From sequence record DRR723986_3145: a stretch of DNA of 53,304 nt, one strand, 5' to 3'. A program made the translations under genes and the position numbers. Positions 37,142 to 48,007 of the stretch are shown one piece after another (the stretch's first letter is position 1; each line of letters opens with the position of its first letter). Below the pieces are notes generated by a model that did no database searches, was not told the origin of the DNA, and saw nothing but the letters and a program-made list of their open reading frames with translations.

Positions 37142-40100
37142 TTAACCGGATTCCGCCAGTTCCGCCTCGAGCTGGCGGGTCACGGCGCCCGGGGACCCCG
37201 TGTTGCGGGCCAACAGGGCATAGGCGGCGGGGATGAGGAACAGGGTAATCACCGTCGCCAGCCCCACCCCGCACATGACCACGATGCCGATCACGGTCCG
37301 CACCTCGTGCCCGGGGCCGGAAGAAACGACCAGCGGAACCGCACCGACCACCGTGGTAAACGCAGTCATGACGATGGGCCGCAGGCGCTTGGCGGCGCCG
37401 TCGAGCACGGCGGTCTCGAAGTCAAAGCCCGCGTCGCGTTTCTGGTTGATGAAGTCCACGATCAGGATGCCGTTCTTGGTCGCCAGGCCAACCAGCATGA
37501 TCATGCCCACCTGGCTGTAGATATTCAGGGTCTGGTCGAACAGCAGCAGGCCGCCCAGGCCGCCGACCAGGGCCAGCGGCACGGTGAACAGGATAATCGC
37601 CGGGTGGACAAAGGACTCGAACTGGGCTGCCATCACCAGGTAGACCACCAACAGGGCGAGCAGGAAGGTAAAGATGGCGCTGTCGCCCGCCGTCATATAC
37701 TCCAGGGACTCCCCCTTGTAATCGAAGGAGGCGTGGTCAGGCAGCTCCTCCCGCACCAGCCGCTCCAGGTAAGCCAGCGCCTCGCCCAGGGAATAGCCTT
37801 CCGTCAGATCAGCCGAGATCGTCAGGGCACGCACCCGGTTGTAGCGGTTCAGGCTGCCCGCGTCCGCCTGCTCCCGCAGGCTCACCAGGTTGGCCAGTGG
37901 AATCAGTTCGCCGCTGGCCGCCGAGCGCACGTAGATCGTATCCAGATCCGCCAGGGTCTGCTGGTTCTCACGCTCACCCTCGACGATAACATCGTACTCA
38001 CGCCCGCCCATGATGAACGTGGTCACCTTGCGCGAGCCAAGCAGGGTTTCCAGGGTGCGGCTGATATCCAGCAGGCTGACCCCCAGGTCGCCAGCCCGGT
38101 TGCGATCGATGGTCACCCGTAGCTGTGGCTTGGTCGGCTGCAGGTCGGTATCGATCCCCACCAGGCCCGGGTTGGCGGCCAGTTTCTCACCCAGGACTTC
38201 CTGCCAGTCGGCCAGTTCCTCGTAGCTGTCGCCGCCCACAACGAACTGTACCGGGTCACTACTGCCACCACCCAGGCCCTGGGGGCTGCGGATGAATACC
38301 CGGGCGCCCGCCAGGTCTGACACCCGGGCGCGGGCATCGGCCTGAATGTCCCAGGTCGACCGACTGCGCTCATCCCAGTCGCTGAGAACCATGATCGCAA
38401 AACCCCGGTTGAAGGCCTCGCCCCCGCTGGAATTGGGCGCGCGAATCAGCAGCCGCTTGATATCGCCGCTGTCCACCAGCGGCATCAGCCGCCGTTCGAT
38501 CTCCTCGATCTGGCGCACCGTGTATTCGTAAGAGGAGCCTTCCGGAGTCGATACGATCATAAACAGCAGGCCGCGATCCTGCAGCGGCGCATATTCCTGC
38601 GGCACCTGCTTATAGATGAACACGCTCGCCAGCACGCTGGCCGCCAGCACCGGGATCACCAGCCAACTGCGCCGTACCAGCGGTCCCAGCAGACGCTGGT
38701 AGCTCCGCTCGAGCCGCGCACTCAGCCGCTCAACAGAATCGGCCATACGATTGGACACGTTGTCGTGGCTCAGCAGCTTGCTGCAGATCACCGGGGTGAG
38801 GGTGAGGGCGACAAAGCTGGAAAACACCACGGCAATGGCCATAGTGACCGCGAACTCGCCGAACAGGCGGCCAATATCGCCCTCGAGAAATGTGATCGGC
38901 ACGAATACCGCAACCAGCACCAGGGTGGTAGCAATCACCGGGAAGCCCACCTGCCGCGCACCGCGATAGGCGGCCAGCAGCGGCGGCTCACGTTTTTCCA
39001 CCAGCCGCCGGTGAATGTTCTCCAGCACCACGATGCTGTCGTCGACCACCAGGCCGATCGCCAGCACCAGCGCCAACAGGGTCAGCAGGTTGATGCTGTA
39101 GTCCAGCAGCCACAGCGCGGTAAAAGAGGCGACCAGGGATATCGGGACCGTCAGTGCGGGAACCAGCAGGCTGCGCGGGTCACCGAGAAACAGGAAGATC
39201 GCCAGCACCACCAGCAGCGCGGCGATGAACAGGGTCCTGAATACTTCATTGATCGCGGCCTCGACAAAGATCGAGTTATCGAAACTCGCGATGATTTCCA
39301 TGCCCTCGGGCAGCTGCCGGTTGAGCCGGTCGATTTCCTCCCACACCAGGCGGCTGACCGACAGTGCATTGGCGGTACTCTGCTTGACCACCCCCAGCCC
39401 GACCATGGATTCCCCGTTGCCCCGGAACAGGCTGCGATGCTCGGCGCTGGCGAGTTCGACCCGGGCGACATCGCCCAGGCGGACGAGGTAGCCGTCATCC
39501 GCACGCCGCAGCACCAGCTGGCTGAAATCATCGGCCGTGCTGTAACCGCGCTCGATGCGCACGATAAAGTCGCGTTCCAGCGAGTTCAGGGTGCCGGCGG
39601 GGAGCTCCACGTTCTGCGACCTGATGGCCGCTTCCACATCGGTAACTGTGAGGCCCCGGGCAACCAGCGCATTACGGTCCAGCCAAATGCGCATGGAGTA
39701 CACCTGCTCCCCGGTTATACGGACCCGGGCTACGCCCTCCAGCACCGAGAACCGGTCCTCCAGGTAGCGACGCGCGTAATCCGTGAGTTCCAGTGCATCC
39801 AGCGAGGGCGCCACCAGGTGCGCCCAGAAAATCACCTGCTCCTCGCCCGAACTCTTGCGCACCTCCGGGGGTTCCGCTTCCTCCGGGAGGTTATTGAGTA
39901 TGCGCGACACCCGGTCGCGAACATCGTTGGCGGCATCGTCGATGTCCCGATTGAGCTGGAACTCGAGCTCGACGTTGGATCGACCGTCGACGCTGGTAGA
40001 GGTCATGGTCTTGATCCCCTCCAGGCCCGACAGGCGATCTTCGATCAGTTCCGTGACCTTGTTTTCCACCACGGCGGCAGAGGCTCCGGGGTACAGGGTG

Positions 40101-40243
40101 ACTATATTGAGGACTGGCGGATCGATGTCCGGGTACTCGCGCAGCGGCAGGCGATCAAAAGCCAACAGGCCGAAGGCAAACAGCAAGGCACAGGAAACCA
40201 GCGCCAGTATTGGCCGACGCACCGACACATCGGACAGCAGCAC
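37142..40243 (-). CDS. RND efflux permease (AcrB/AcrD/AcrF family)
   Basis: 1033 aa; REYPDIDPP, GLVVDDSIVVLENI, TKNGILIVDF, RLRPIVMT. Confidence 0.96.
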   Translation of the reverse strand: MLLSDVSVRRPILALVSCALLFAFGLLAFDRLPLREYPDIDPPVLNIVTLYPGASAAVVENKVTELIEDRLSGLEGIKTMTSTSVDGRSNVELEFQLNRDIDDAANDVRDRVSRILNNLPEEAEPPEVRKSSGEEQVIFWAHLVAPSLDALELTDYARRYLEDRFSVLEGVARVRITGEQVYSMRIWLDRNALVARGLTVTDVEAAIRSQNVELPAGTLNSLERDFIVRIERGYSTADDFSQLVLRRADDGYLVRLGDVARVELASAEHRSLFRGNGESMVGLGVVKQSTANALSVSRLVWEEIDRLNRQLPEGMEIIASFDNSIFVEAAINEVFRTLFIAALLVVLAIFLFLGDPRSLLVPALTVPISLVASFTALWLLDYSINLLTLLALVLAIGLVVDDSIVVLENIHRRLVEKREPPLLAAYRGARQVGFPVIATTLVLVAVFVPITFLEGDIGRLFGEFAVTMAIAVVFSSFVALTLTPVICSKLLSHDNVSNRMADSVERLSARLERSYQRLLGPLVRRSWLVIPVLAASVLASVFIYKQVPQEYAPLQDRGLLFMIVSTPEGSSYEYTVRQIEEIERRLMPLVDSGDIKRLLIRAPNSSGGEAFNRGFAIMVLSDWDERSRSTWDIQADARARVSDLAGARVFIRSPQGLGGGSSDPVQFVVGGDSYEELADWQEVLGEKLAANPGLVGIDTDLQPTKPQLRVTIDRNRAGDLGVSLLDISRTLETLLGSRKVTTFIMGGREYDVIVEGERENQQTLADLDTIYVRSAASGELIPLANLVSLREQADAGSLNRYNRVRALTISADLTEGYSLGEALAYLERLVREELPDHASFDYKGESLEYMTAGDSAIFTFLLALLVVYLVMAAQFESFVHPAIILFTVPLALVGGLGGLLLFDQTLNIYSQVGMIMLVGLATKNGILIVDFINQKRDAGFDFETAVLDGAAKRLRPIVMTAFTTVVGAVPLVVSSGPGHEVRTVIGIVVMCGVGLATVITLFLIPAAYALLARNTGSPGAVTRQLEAELAESG

Positions 40244-40246
40244 GGT

Positions 40247-41287
40247 TCAGCGTTCCACGACGGCAACGGCGGCACGCTCGCCACCGAGCTTACCGACGCC
40301 GTCACGCACTACCCGGTCGCCTGCGGCAAGCCCGTCGACAACCTCAACCCAACCCGGAATACGCCCACCGATCGTGATCTCGGTACGCACCGCCTCGGCG
40401 CCGTCGAGTTTCCATACGAAGTGCTGGGACGCACGTGACTGCAGGCTCTCTTCGGGGACCATCAGGGTGCTGCGCTCACCGCCGCGGATGGTCAACTCCA
40501 TCAGCAGCCCGGGGCGCAGGCGGCCGTCGCTATTGTCGATCACCGCGCGTGCCGTGACCGAGCGGGAAACCGGATCAATCCGCGAATCAATCGCCTGCAA
40601 GCGGCCACTGAATAAAGAGGCAAAGGCGCTGGTCCGGGCCTCGATCTCCTGGCCCTGGCTGAGGAAGCCCAGGTGCACCGCCGGCACCGTGAACTGCAGG
40701 CGCATGCGGCTGAGGTCATCGAGGGTGGTGATGCGCTGGCCCGGAGTGACCAGGGCGCCCTCACTCACTTCCCGCAGTCCCAGCAGACCGGCGAAGGGAG
40801 CGATGATCGTGCGGTCTGCGATCCGCGCCTGCACAGCCTCGATCTGGTGCTCAACGATCTCCACCTGGGTGGTGGCCCTGTCCAACTCGTTCTGTGCTAC
40901 CTGATTCTGGCGAGCAAGGTTCTCCAGACGCCGCACCTCGCGGCGCGCCTCGACCAGGGACGCCTGCAATTCACGCAAGGTGGCTTGTTCCGCATCCTGC
41001 TTGAGCAGGGCGAGGACGTCACCTTTGGCAACGGACTGGCCGTCTTCAAAGCTGAGACTGGCGACAATCTGCGAGACGCTGGCGCTGATGTCCACCGATT
41101 CCCAGGCCTGCAGGGTCCCAAGGGCTGACACCTGGTCCTGAAATACCCGCTCCTCCACCGCGACAGCGGTGACTGCTGCCGGCGGCCGCCCCTGGCCGCC
41201 CGCCTGTCGCTCAGCGCCGCCCAGCGTGTACCAGAGGCCTCCCGCCAGGACGCAGGCAAGGACAACTATGGCAAGCAGGATTCGCAT
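40247..41287 (-). CDS. RND periplasmic adaptor (MFP)
   Basis: N-terminal TM, IAPFAGLLG, IDSRIDPVSRS, LRPGL, GLAAGDRVV; GGAG RBS. Confidence 0.93.
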   Translation of the reverse strand: MRILLAIVVLACVLAGGLWYTLGGAERQAGGQGRPPAAVTAVAVEERVFQDQVSALGTLQAWESVDISASVSQIVASLSFEDGQSVAKGDVLALLKQDAEQATLRELQASLVEARREVRRLENLARQNQVAQNELDRATTQVEIVEHQIEAVQARIADRTIIAPFAGLLGLREVSEGALVTPGQRITTLDDLSRMRLQFTVPAVHLGFLSQGQEIEARTSAFASLFSGRLQAIDSRIDPVSRSVTARAVIDNSDGRLRPGLLMELTIRGGERSTLMVPEESLQSRASQHFVWKLDGAEAVRTEITIGGRIPGWVEVVDGLAAGDRVVRDGVGKLGGERAAVAVVER

Positions 41288-41473
41288 GGATACTCCGTAG
41301 ATCCGGCAACAGGCCGGTGCTTGGAAAACAGCCCAGCAGTATACTGGCTGGCGCGGTGTAACGCTGCATACCATACGCCTGTGACCCGCCAGGGGGATTA
41401 GTCCGCAAGCTGGTCCCCGCGCCTTGCCCTCCCCTATACTGACCGGATGTATAGTGAATAAGAGGCTCAGCCC

Positions 41474-42538
41474 GTGGAAAATGAACGCCCTACACCGCTG
41501 GTAGATGACATCGATGGTACCCGTCGCAAACTGGCAGGCTGGTTCAGTGAACGCATGGGAACGAGTGTCAGCGTGGACGAACTTACCATCCCCCAGGGCA
41601 GCGGCATGTCCAATGTCACCCTGCTGTTCGATATCCACTGGCAGGAAGACGGCGAGGCCCGGCAACAGGGCTGCGTCGGCCGCCTGCAGCCGGAGATCGC
41701 GCGCCCGGTATTTCCAAGCTATGACCTGAGCCTGCAGTACGAGGTCATGGACAGCATCGGCCGCCACAGCGATGTACCGGTACCGGAACTGCTGGGCCTG
41801 GAAAGCGACCCCGGCCTGCTGGGCGTCCAGTTCTATATCATGAAACACACCGCCGGACGGATCCCCACTGACATGCCGCCCTACAACATGGATGGCTGGA
41901 TGATGCACGAAACCAGCGAGCCCCAGCGCGTGGCCATGTGGAATGCGGCGCTGGATACCATGGCCCGCTACCACCGGCTCGACTACCGGGCCCTGGGTTT
42001 CGAGGGCTTGGCGGAGCCGGGGAAAACCCCGCTGCAGCAGCAGCTTGACTACTGGCAGGCCTATCACGATTGGGCCCTGGAGGGCGCCACCCACGTCATT
42101 GGCCAGGAGGCCCTGGACTGGCTACAGGCCAACCAGCCAGCCGACGAACCGACGGTACTGTGCTGGGGCGATTCGCGAATCGGCAACATAATCTTCAAGG
42201 AAAGCCTGGACGGCGTCGCCGCCGTGCTTGACTGGGAGATGGCGGTGCTGGGCAATCCGGTGCAGGACCTGGCCTGGTTCAACTACATCGATTCCACCTT
42301 TGCCGAGGGCCTGGGGATGCCGCGCCTGCCAGGGCTGCCCGGGTACCAGGAGACGGTGGCGCGCTGGGAGGAGAAGTCCGGGCACTCAGCCCGCGACTAC
42401 GACTACTACCTGGTGTTCGCCGGTATGCGCTACGGCCTGATCCTCTCCAGGATCATGCTGGCCACCGGACAGGACAGCGAGGTGCAGGGCAACTTCGCGG
42501 TGCAGATGCTGAAGAAGACCCTGGACGGAATTCGCTAG
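41474..42538 (+). CDS. APH/choline-kinase-like phosphotransferase (ACAD10/11-type)
   Basis: GSGMSNVT, LCWGDSRIGN, VLDWEMAVLG..DLAW. Confidence 0.9.
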   Translation: MENERPTPLVDDIDGTRRKLAGWFSERMGTSVSVDELTIPQGSGMSNVTLLFDIHWQEDGEARQQGCVGRLQPEIARPVFPSYDLSLQYEVMDSIGRHSDVPVPELLGLESDPGLLGVQFYIMKHTAGRIPTDMPPYNMDGWMMHETSEPQRVAMWNAALDTMARYHRLDYRALGFEGLAEPGKTPLQQQLDYWQAYHDWALEGATHVIGQEALDWLQANQPADEPTVLCWGDSRIGNIIFKESLDGVAAVLDWEMAVLGNPVQDLAWFNYIDSTFAEGLGMPRLPGLPGYQETVARWEEKSGHSARDYDYYLVFAGMRYGLILSRIMLATGQDSEVQGNFAVQMLKKTLDGIR

Positions 42539-44316
42539 AAGCGGTCCTTGACCGTAATCAGGAACTGCATACTGTCGACATCGTCTTCCTTCATAAACGG
42601 GAAGGCGAGGTCGAAATGGATCACACTGCCCTTCTCCGCCCGGCTGGAGTTCAGCCTCAGCCCCACGCCGGCGTTGGCCAGCACATCGCCGTTGGGGCCG
42701 TTATCCTCGCCCTCAAACCAGGCGCGGCCGACGTCGAAGAACGCCGCAAAGCCCACCCGGAACAGCCGAAACGGATGCCAGTCCGCGTAGTAGCGCTGCT
42801 CGAGATTGAAAACAAATGCGCGATCGCCGGTCTGGTAGTTGCGCTCGTAACCGCGCAGGCCGGTGTCGCCGCCCAGGGTCAGGAGCTTATCCAGGGTTAA
42901 GCCATCACCGTAGTCCAGCTTGAGACGGGCAAACAGCGCCCACTTATCGGCCTGGCTCCAGTGGTAGCGCGTTTCCCCACTGACCAGCAGATTCTCGAAG
43001 TCGGCATCGTCCACGTCCCAGAAGCCGTACAGCGCCGAGTCGATCACCCACAGGTGCGCCCCATCCGCTTTGAGTGTATTGCCATAACTCCCCTGCAGGG
43101 CCACCTGGTCGCTGGTGGCGCCGAGGTCTTCACCGGACCAGCCGGTGATCCAGCTGTATCGCTCACCGACATAGACGTCCTCCGTCCGTCCGAGGTAGTT
43201 GATGTTGTACATCTCAACAAACTCGTCCTCGATCGACTGGTAGCCCAGGAAGGGGTAGCTGTGCACCCGGTCTTCCGGCAGTTCGGCCGGCGGAATGACC
43301 GAATCGCTCAGGCTGAACTGGTCGTCCTTGAAATTGTAGCCGAACAGCCAGCGACCGACCCGGCGATCCGCCTGCACCTCATTGGCAATGCCGCCGAACA
43401 GCCGAACTTCATCGATCTTATGGTCGAACTCGGCGACCTCATCACCGCGAAACCAGACGTTTTCCTCCAGCTTGGTGTGGTCCAGGCGGAAGCCCGCGGA
43501 CCAGCGCTCATAGACCGAGAAGAAGGGCCGGTTGACGCTCAGGCTGCGGTCGTAACCGTCATCGTTTTCCGTCCAGGACAAGCGGGTCCGCCAGCGCGTC
43601 CCCATAACCGAGGGGTCGACGTAGGCGAAGTTGGTCCCGGACCGCTCCTCATCGCTTTCGTAGCGAATCGAGACCTGCTTGCCGGTGCCGAGGAAATTGG
43701 TGTCGCGCAGGCCCACGGTATATTCATTGGCGCCGCCGCTGCGACTGAAAGACAACAGCGGCGTGAACGTCCAGATGTCGCGGGTAATGACTTCAATATC
43801 TACCGTGTCCCCGCACCAGCGCCAGGCCCGGACCGAGGCGTCGAAGATGAAGTCGAGATTGCGCAGGATGCGCTCTGATTCGCGCAGCCGGGCAAGCGTG
43901 TACTCCTCGCCCGGCTCGATCAGCAGATGGTCCTTGATGACCCATTCCCGGGTCAGGCTGTGAAAGTCATTGGCCCAGCGATACAGCGCGTTGTTTTCCT
44001 CGGGATCCTCCATGTTGAACACGGCGAAGCGCTGGTAGCGAATGCTGCCGATGCGGGTGCCGGGGGTCACCGATTCGGCAATGGCCCGGTGCTCCGCGGA
44101 GGGAAGAAAACGGAAACTGTCGGTATCGCTCTGGGGCGCCGCCTCGACGCAGGATCCCGGGTCGGCGGCATGCAACGGCCCGCTGACAGGTGCGACCAGA
44201 AAAAGCGCTGCCCACGCCAGACCCGCCAAGGTGACCAGGCCCTGGTATCGCCCTCTTTCGCCGCCACCACGCATGCGATAAAGGTAGCTCTGGGCACCGC
44301 CAGACGCAACTGACAT
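42535..44316 (-). CDS. Omp85/BamA-TamA-like outer membrane protein
   Basis: POTRA-like LRESERILR, NFLGTGK, LGGDTGLRGY, AFFDVGRAW, GVGLR, C-terminal F; start uncertain. Confidence 0.82.
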   Translation of the reverse strand: MSVASGGAQSYLYRMRGGGERGRYQGLVTLAGLAWAALFLVAPVSGPLHAADPGSCVEAAPQSDTDSFRFLPSAEHRAIAESVTPGTRIGSIRYQRFAVFNMEDPEENNALYRWANDFHSLTREWVIKDHLLIEPGEEYTLARLRESERILRNLDFIFDASVRAWRWCGDTVDIEVITRDIWTFTPLLSFSRSGGANEYTVGLRDTNFLGTGKQVSIRYESDEERSGTNFAYVDPSVMGTRWRTRLSWTENDDGYDRSLSVNRPFFSVYERWSAGFRLDHTKLEENVWFRGDEVAEFDHKIDEVRLFGGIANEVQADRRVGRWLFGYNFKDDQFSLSDSVIPPAELPEDRVHSYPFLGYQSIEDEFVEMYNINYLGRTEDVYVGERYSWITGWSGEDLGATSDQVALQGSYGNTLKADGAHLWVIDSALYGFWDVDDADFENLLVSGETRYHWSQADKWALFARLKLDYGDGLTLDKLLTLGGDTGLRGYERNYQTGDRAFVFNLEQRYYADWHPFRLFRVGFAAFFDVGRAWFEGEDNGPNGDVLANAGVGLRLNSSRAEKGSVIHFDLAFPFMKEDDVDSMQFLITVKDRF

Positions 44317-44431
44317 GCCTGTACTCACCCGGTATTGGCATATACACTTGGCGACCGGTTCATAATGGCACCCGCTCGGGGCAGCAGGCCGGTTTAACGC
44401 CAGACCAGCCAACCTGTGGAAGGAGATCAGC

Positions 44432-46018
44432 TTGTCAGCCCACTTGCAGCGCCAGTTGCAGGCACTCGCGGATCCCGTCGACCGCCGCCTGCTGACCAGG
44501 ATCCAACGGGGCCTCGAAAAAGAGAGCCTGCGCCTGGACCTGAACGGCCGGCTGGCGCAGACGCCACACCCGGCGGCACTCGGCGCGGCCCTGACCCACA
44601 AATCGATTACCACCGATTATTCGGAAGCCCTGCTGGAGTTTATCACCCCGGTGGAGACCGACATTCCTGCCAGCCTGAACACCCTCGCCGACATCCACAG
44701 CTTCGTCTACCACAAGCTCAGCGATGAGATCCTGTGGTCGGCGAGCATGCCCTGCATCGTCACCGGCGACGAGGGCATTCCTGTCGGCCAATATGGCAGC
44801 TCCAACGTGGCGCGGATGAAAACCGTTTATCGCTACGGCCTCGGCCATCGCTATGGTCGCAAGATGCAGACCATCGCGGGGATTCATTACAATTTTTCCA
44901 TGCCGACGGAGTTCTGGCAGATGGACTGGGAGGCCGCCGGCAGCCGGGGCGAATTGCGCGACCATGTCACCGACCGCTACCTGGGGCTTATCCGCAACTT
45001 CCGTCGCTACTCCTGGCTGCTGATCTATCTCTACGGCGCCTCGCCGGCGGTGTGTTCGAGTTTTCTGCGGGGCCGGGAAGATCACGGTCTGCAGGCTTTC
45101 GACGCCGAGGGGCGCAGCCTCTACCTGCCCTACGGCACCTCGCTGCGCATGGGCGACCTGGGTTACAACAGCGATGCGCAGAAGGGCCTCAACGTCTGCT
45201 ACAACTCGCTGGACTTCTATGTTGATGCCCTGCGCGAGGCGATCATGCAGCCGCATCCGGCCTACGCCGCCTTCAACTGTGGCCAGGACGGTGACTACCA
45301 GCAGCTGAACGACAGCCTGCTGCAGATAGAGAATGAGTTCTACAGCCCGATCCGTCCCAAGCGGGTCGCCTTCTCCGGGGAAACGCCGCTGCGTGCCCTG
45401 CGCCGCGGCGGCATTGAGTACATCGAGGTGCGCTGCGTCGACGTCAATCCATTTACGCCGCTGGGTATCGACGCCGAACAAATCCGCTTCCTCGATACCT
45501 TTCTGCTCTACTGCCTGCTGGCGGAGAGTCCGGCCTGTGACGACAGCGAACAGGCTGTACAGGCCGCCAACCTGTCGGCCGTGGTCAATCGCGGACGCGA
45601 TCCCGAACTGCAGCTGCAGATCGGTGGCAAGAACCTGCCACTGGCCGCTGCCGCTCATGAACTACTCACCGAGATGGAGCCGGTTGCCGCCCTGCTGGGC
45701 AGTGCGCACGACGCCACCAGTTACCAGAGCGCCCTGGACGAGCAACGCGCCAAGGTCGATGATCCTGAACTGACCCCGTCGGCACGGGTGCTGCGGGAAA
45801 TGCGCGAGCGCGACGTCCCCTTCTTCCGCCTGGCCATGGATTACAGCGAGGAGTGGGCCAGCCACTTCCGCCGACGTGAGCTGACCGAGGAGACGATGGC
45901 CGACTTTGAAGCGGAAAGCCGTCGCTCAATCAGCGCGCGCGAAACCATAGAGCGCGAGGACGACATCAGTTTCGACGAGTACCTGAAGCGCTACTACGAC
46001 CAGTACCAGGCCCTGTAA
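44432..46018 (+). CDS. gshA: Glutamate--cysteine ligase
   Basis: RGLEKESLR, ITTDYSEALLEFITP, GIHYNFS, TSLRMGDLGY, LQIENEFYSPIRPK. Confidence 0.97.
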   Translation: MSAHLQRQLQALADPVDRRLLTRIQRGLEKESLRLDLNGRLAQTPHPAALGAALTHKSITTDYSEALLEFITPVETDIPASLNTLADIHSFVYHKLSDEILWSASMPCIVTGDEGIPVGQYGSSNVARMKTVYRYGLGHRYGRKMQTIAGIHYNFSMPTEFWQMDWEAAGSRGELRDHVTDRYLGLIRNFRRYSWLLIYLYGASPAVCSSFLRGREDHGLQAFDAEGRSLYLPYGTSLRMGDLGYNSDAQKGLNVCYNSLDFYVDALREAIMQPHPAYAAFNCGQDGDYQQLNDSLLQIENEFYSPIRPKRVAFSGETPLRALRRGGIEYIEVRCVDVNPFTPLGIDAEQIRFLDTFLLYCLLAESPACDDSEQAVQAANLSAVVNRGRDPELQLQIGGKNLPLAAAAHELLTEMEPVAALLGSAHDATSYQSALDEQRAKVDDPELTPSARVLREMRERDVPFFRLAMDYSEEWASHFRRRELTEETMADFEAESRRSISARETIEREDDISFDEYLKRYYDQYQAL

Positions 46019-46033
46019 GCCCGACGTGAGCGG

Positions 46034-46615
46034 ATGAACTTTCTCGCGCACTTCCACCTTGCATGGCCCGAGGAAGGCCTGCTGGCCGGTGCGCTGGAAG
46101 GGGACTATCACAAGGGGCCGGTGTCCAGTGAACTGCCCGGCGACCTGGCCCGCGGGGTCCGCCTGCACCGTGCCATCGATGCCTACACCGACCAACACCC
46201 GGACGTTGCGCAGCTGCGCGCAGAATTCCCGCACCCGCTGCGCCGCTATGCCGGCATCCTCATCGATCTCAGCTTCGACCACTACCTGAGCCAGCACTGG
46301 CACCGCTATACCGAGCTTCGCCTCGACGAGTTCAATCGCACCGTGCTGGGCACCCTGGAAAGCCAACGCGACGATCTCAGCCCGGGTTCGCAACGCATGC
46401 TCGCCCGGTTCCGGGATCACGACCTGCTGAATCGTTATCACCTCTGGCCAACAGTAACCGGCAGTGCGGTACACATCGGCGAGCGATTCCGTCACGGCAA
46501 CCCCTTGCGAGAGGCGGCGCGTGAGCTCGAACCCCTCCGCCACCAGATCGAGGCGGCATTTCTCAGTTTCTACCCGGATTTGCAGGGGTTCTCCCAGGGC
46601 TGGCGTGAGCGCTGA
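46034..46615 (+). CDS. acpH: ACP phosphodiesterase
   Basis: MNFLAH, GVRLHRAIDAYTD.HP, RYAGILID..FDHYL, FYPDL. Confidence 0.9.
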   Translation: MNFLAHFHLAWPEEGLLAGALEGDYHKGPVSSELPGDLARGVRLHRAIDAYTDQHPDVAQLRAEFPHPLRRYAGILIDLSFDHYLSQHWHRYTELRLDEFNRTVLGTLESQRDDLSPGSQRMLARFRDHDLLNRYHLWPTVTGSAVHIGERFRHGNPLREAARELEPLRHQIEAAFLSFYPDLQGFSQGWRER

Positions 46616-46733
46616 GCGGTCCAGCGGGCGCCGCTGCGGCAGCTCGGCACTATTTCGCACGACGCGATCTGGCCGGGCGGGGCAGCCCCCGCTTATAGTG
46701 ACCGTTTTGATTTCAGCGGATGAGTGACCGAGC

Positions 46734-47222
46734 ATGAACAAGCAACACAGCGATACCCGGGAGCAATTTGCCGCCGTCGACGAGCTGTTGACTCGCTGGC
46801 TGAGTGAGCGTCGTGCTGTGCTGACCCGCTATACCGAACTGGTAGTCACTCTGGACAACAACCCTCCCCAGTCGAGCCTGGGCCAGAAGCAGCTGGATCT
46901 CTGCCAGTTGCTGGTGGACTACGCCTCAGCAGGGCATTTCGAAGTGTTTCACGAGTTGCTCGACGAGGCGGAGCGTTTTGAAGACGGGGGCTGTGAACTG
47001 GCGGCCCGGCTGATCCCGGCGATCGGCGATACCACCGAGGTAATCCTGGCTTACGAGGAAAAGTACGGCAACGGCACCAACCACCCGGACACACTCAACC
47101 GCGACCTGTCGGCCCTGGGTGAGGTGCTGGAATCAAGATTTACGTTGGAAGACCGGCTGATTGCCGGTCTCCACAATCGGCACCGGCGCCTGGTTGAATC
47201 CGGGACGCCGGGACCGCAATAA
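46734..47222 (+). CDS. rsd: Rsd/AlgQ anti-sigma70 factor
   Basis: WLSERR, CQLLVDYASAGHFEVF, LSALGEVLESRFTLEDRLI..LH. Confidence 0.93.
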   Translation: MNKQHSDTREQFAAVDELLTRWLSERRAVLTRYTELVVTLDNNPPQSSLGQKQLDLCQLLVDYASAGHFEVFHELLDEAERFEDGGCELAARLIPAIGDTTEVILAYEEKYGNGTNHPDTLNRDLSALGEVLESRFTLEDRLIAGLHNRHRRLVESGTPGPQ

Positions 47223-47228
47223 GGGCTG

Positions 47229-47978
47229 TCAGCCTTCGGCGGCTTCACCTTCGGCAGCTGCCTGCTGGCTCGGGATAGAGACCAGCTCCACCTCAAACAC
47301 GAGGGCTGCGTTCGGGCCGATCAACTGACCCGCGCCACCGGCACCATAGGCCAGCTCGGAGGGAATGTAGAGATTCCACTTGGAGCCTGCCGGCATCAGC
47401 TGCAGGGCCTCGGTCCACCCGGCAATCACCTGGCCGACACCAAAGGTCACCGTCTCGCCGCGCTTGTAGGATGAGTCGAACTCGGTGCCGTCTACCAGGG
47501 TGCCACGGTAGTGCACCTCGACAGTATCGTCAGGACCGGGCATGGCGCCCTCACCAGCTTCCACGATTTCGTATTGCAGGCCGGTTTCCGTCACCACAAC
47601 CCCTTCCCGCGCGGCGTTCTCAGCGAGAAACGCGGCGGCGGCGGCAGCATTGGTCTCCGCCATGGCAGCCTGGTTGGCCTGTTGCTCAGCTTCCATCTGC
47701 TCCTGGAAGGCGATCATCTCGGCGTTGATTTCCTCGTCGGTGAGGCGTGACTCGCCGGAACCCATGGCGTCGCGCATACCCGCGGCGTAGGCATCCGGAT
47801 CAAGCGTCATGCCGTCCGCCTGCATACGCTGGCCCATGCGGAAGGCAAAGCCGTAACTCAGGCGCTTGTTAGGCGTATCGAGGGCAACCTCTTCACTGAC
47901 GCCGGTGGCGGTCTGTTGGTTGCATGCCTGCAGGCTGACCAGGGCGGCGATCGCGAGGGGAAGAGCTAACTTTTTCAT
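47229..47978 (-). CDS. FKBP-type peptidyl-prolyl isomerase, lipoprotein
   Basis: Lipobox LQAC; TGLQYE, VHYRGTLVDGTEFDSS, VIAGWTEALQLM, LVFEVEL. Confidence 0.95.
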   Translation of the reverse strand: MKKLALPLAIAALVSLQACNQQTATGVSEEVALDTPNKRLSYGFAFRMGQRMQADGMTLDPDAYAAGMRDAMGSGESRLTDEEINAEMIAFQEQMEAEQQANQAAMAETNAAAAAAFLAENAAREGVVVTETGLQYEIVEAGEGAMPGPDDTVEVHYRGTLVDGTEFDSSYKRGETVTFGVGQVIAGWTEALQLMPAGSKWNLYIPSELAYGAGGAGQLIGPNAALVFEVELVSIPSQQAAAEGEAAEG

Positions 47979-48007
47979 AAGATTTTCCATAAACCATGAC
48001 TGAGGGA

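Noticed and set aside
41288-42094. Apparent long N-terminal extension of the MFP ORF (615 aa)
   Set aside because: It overlaps the phosphotransferase antisense; the real start is ATG 41287 with an RBS and signal-anchor
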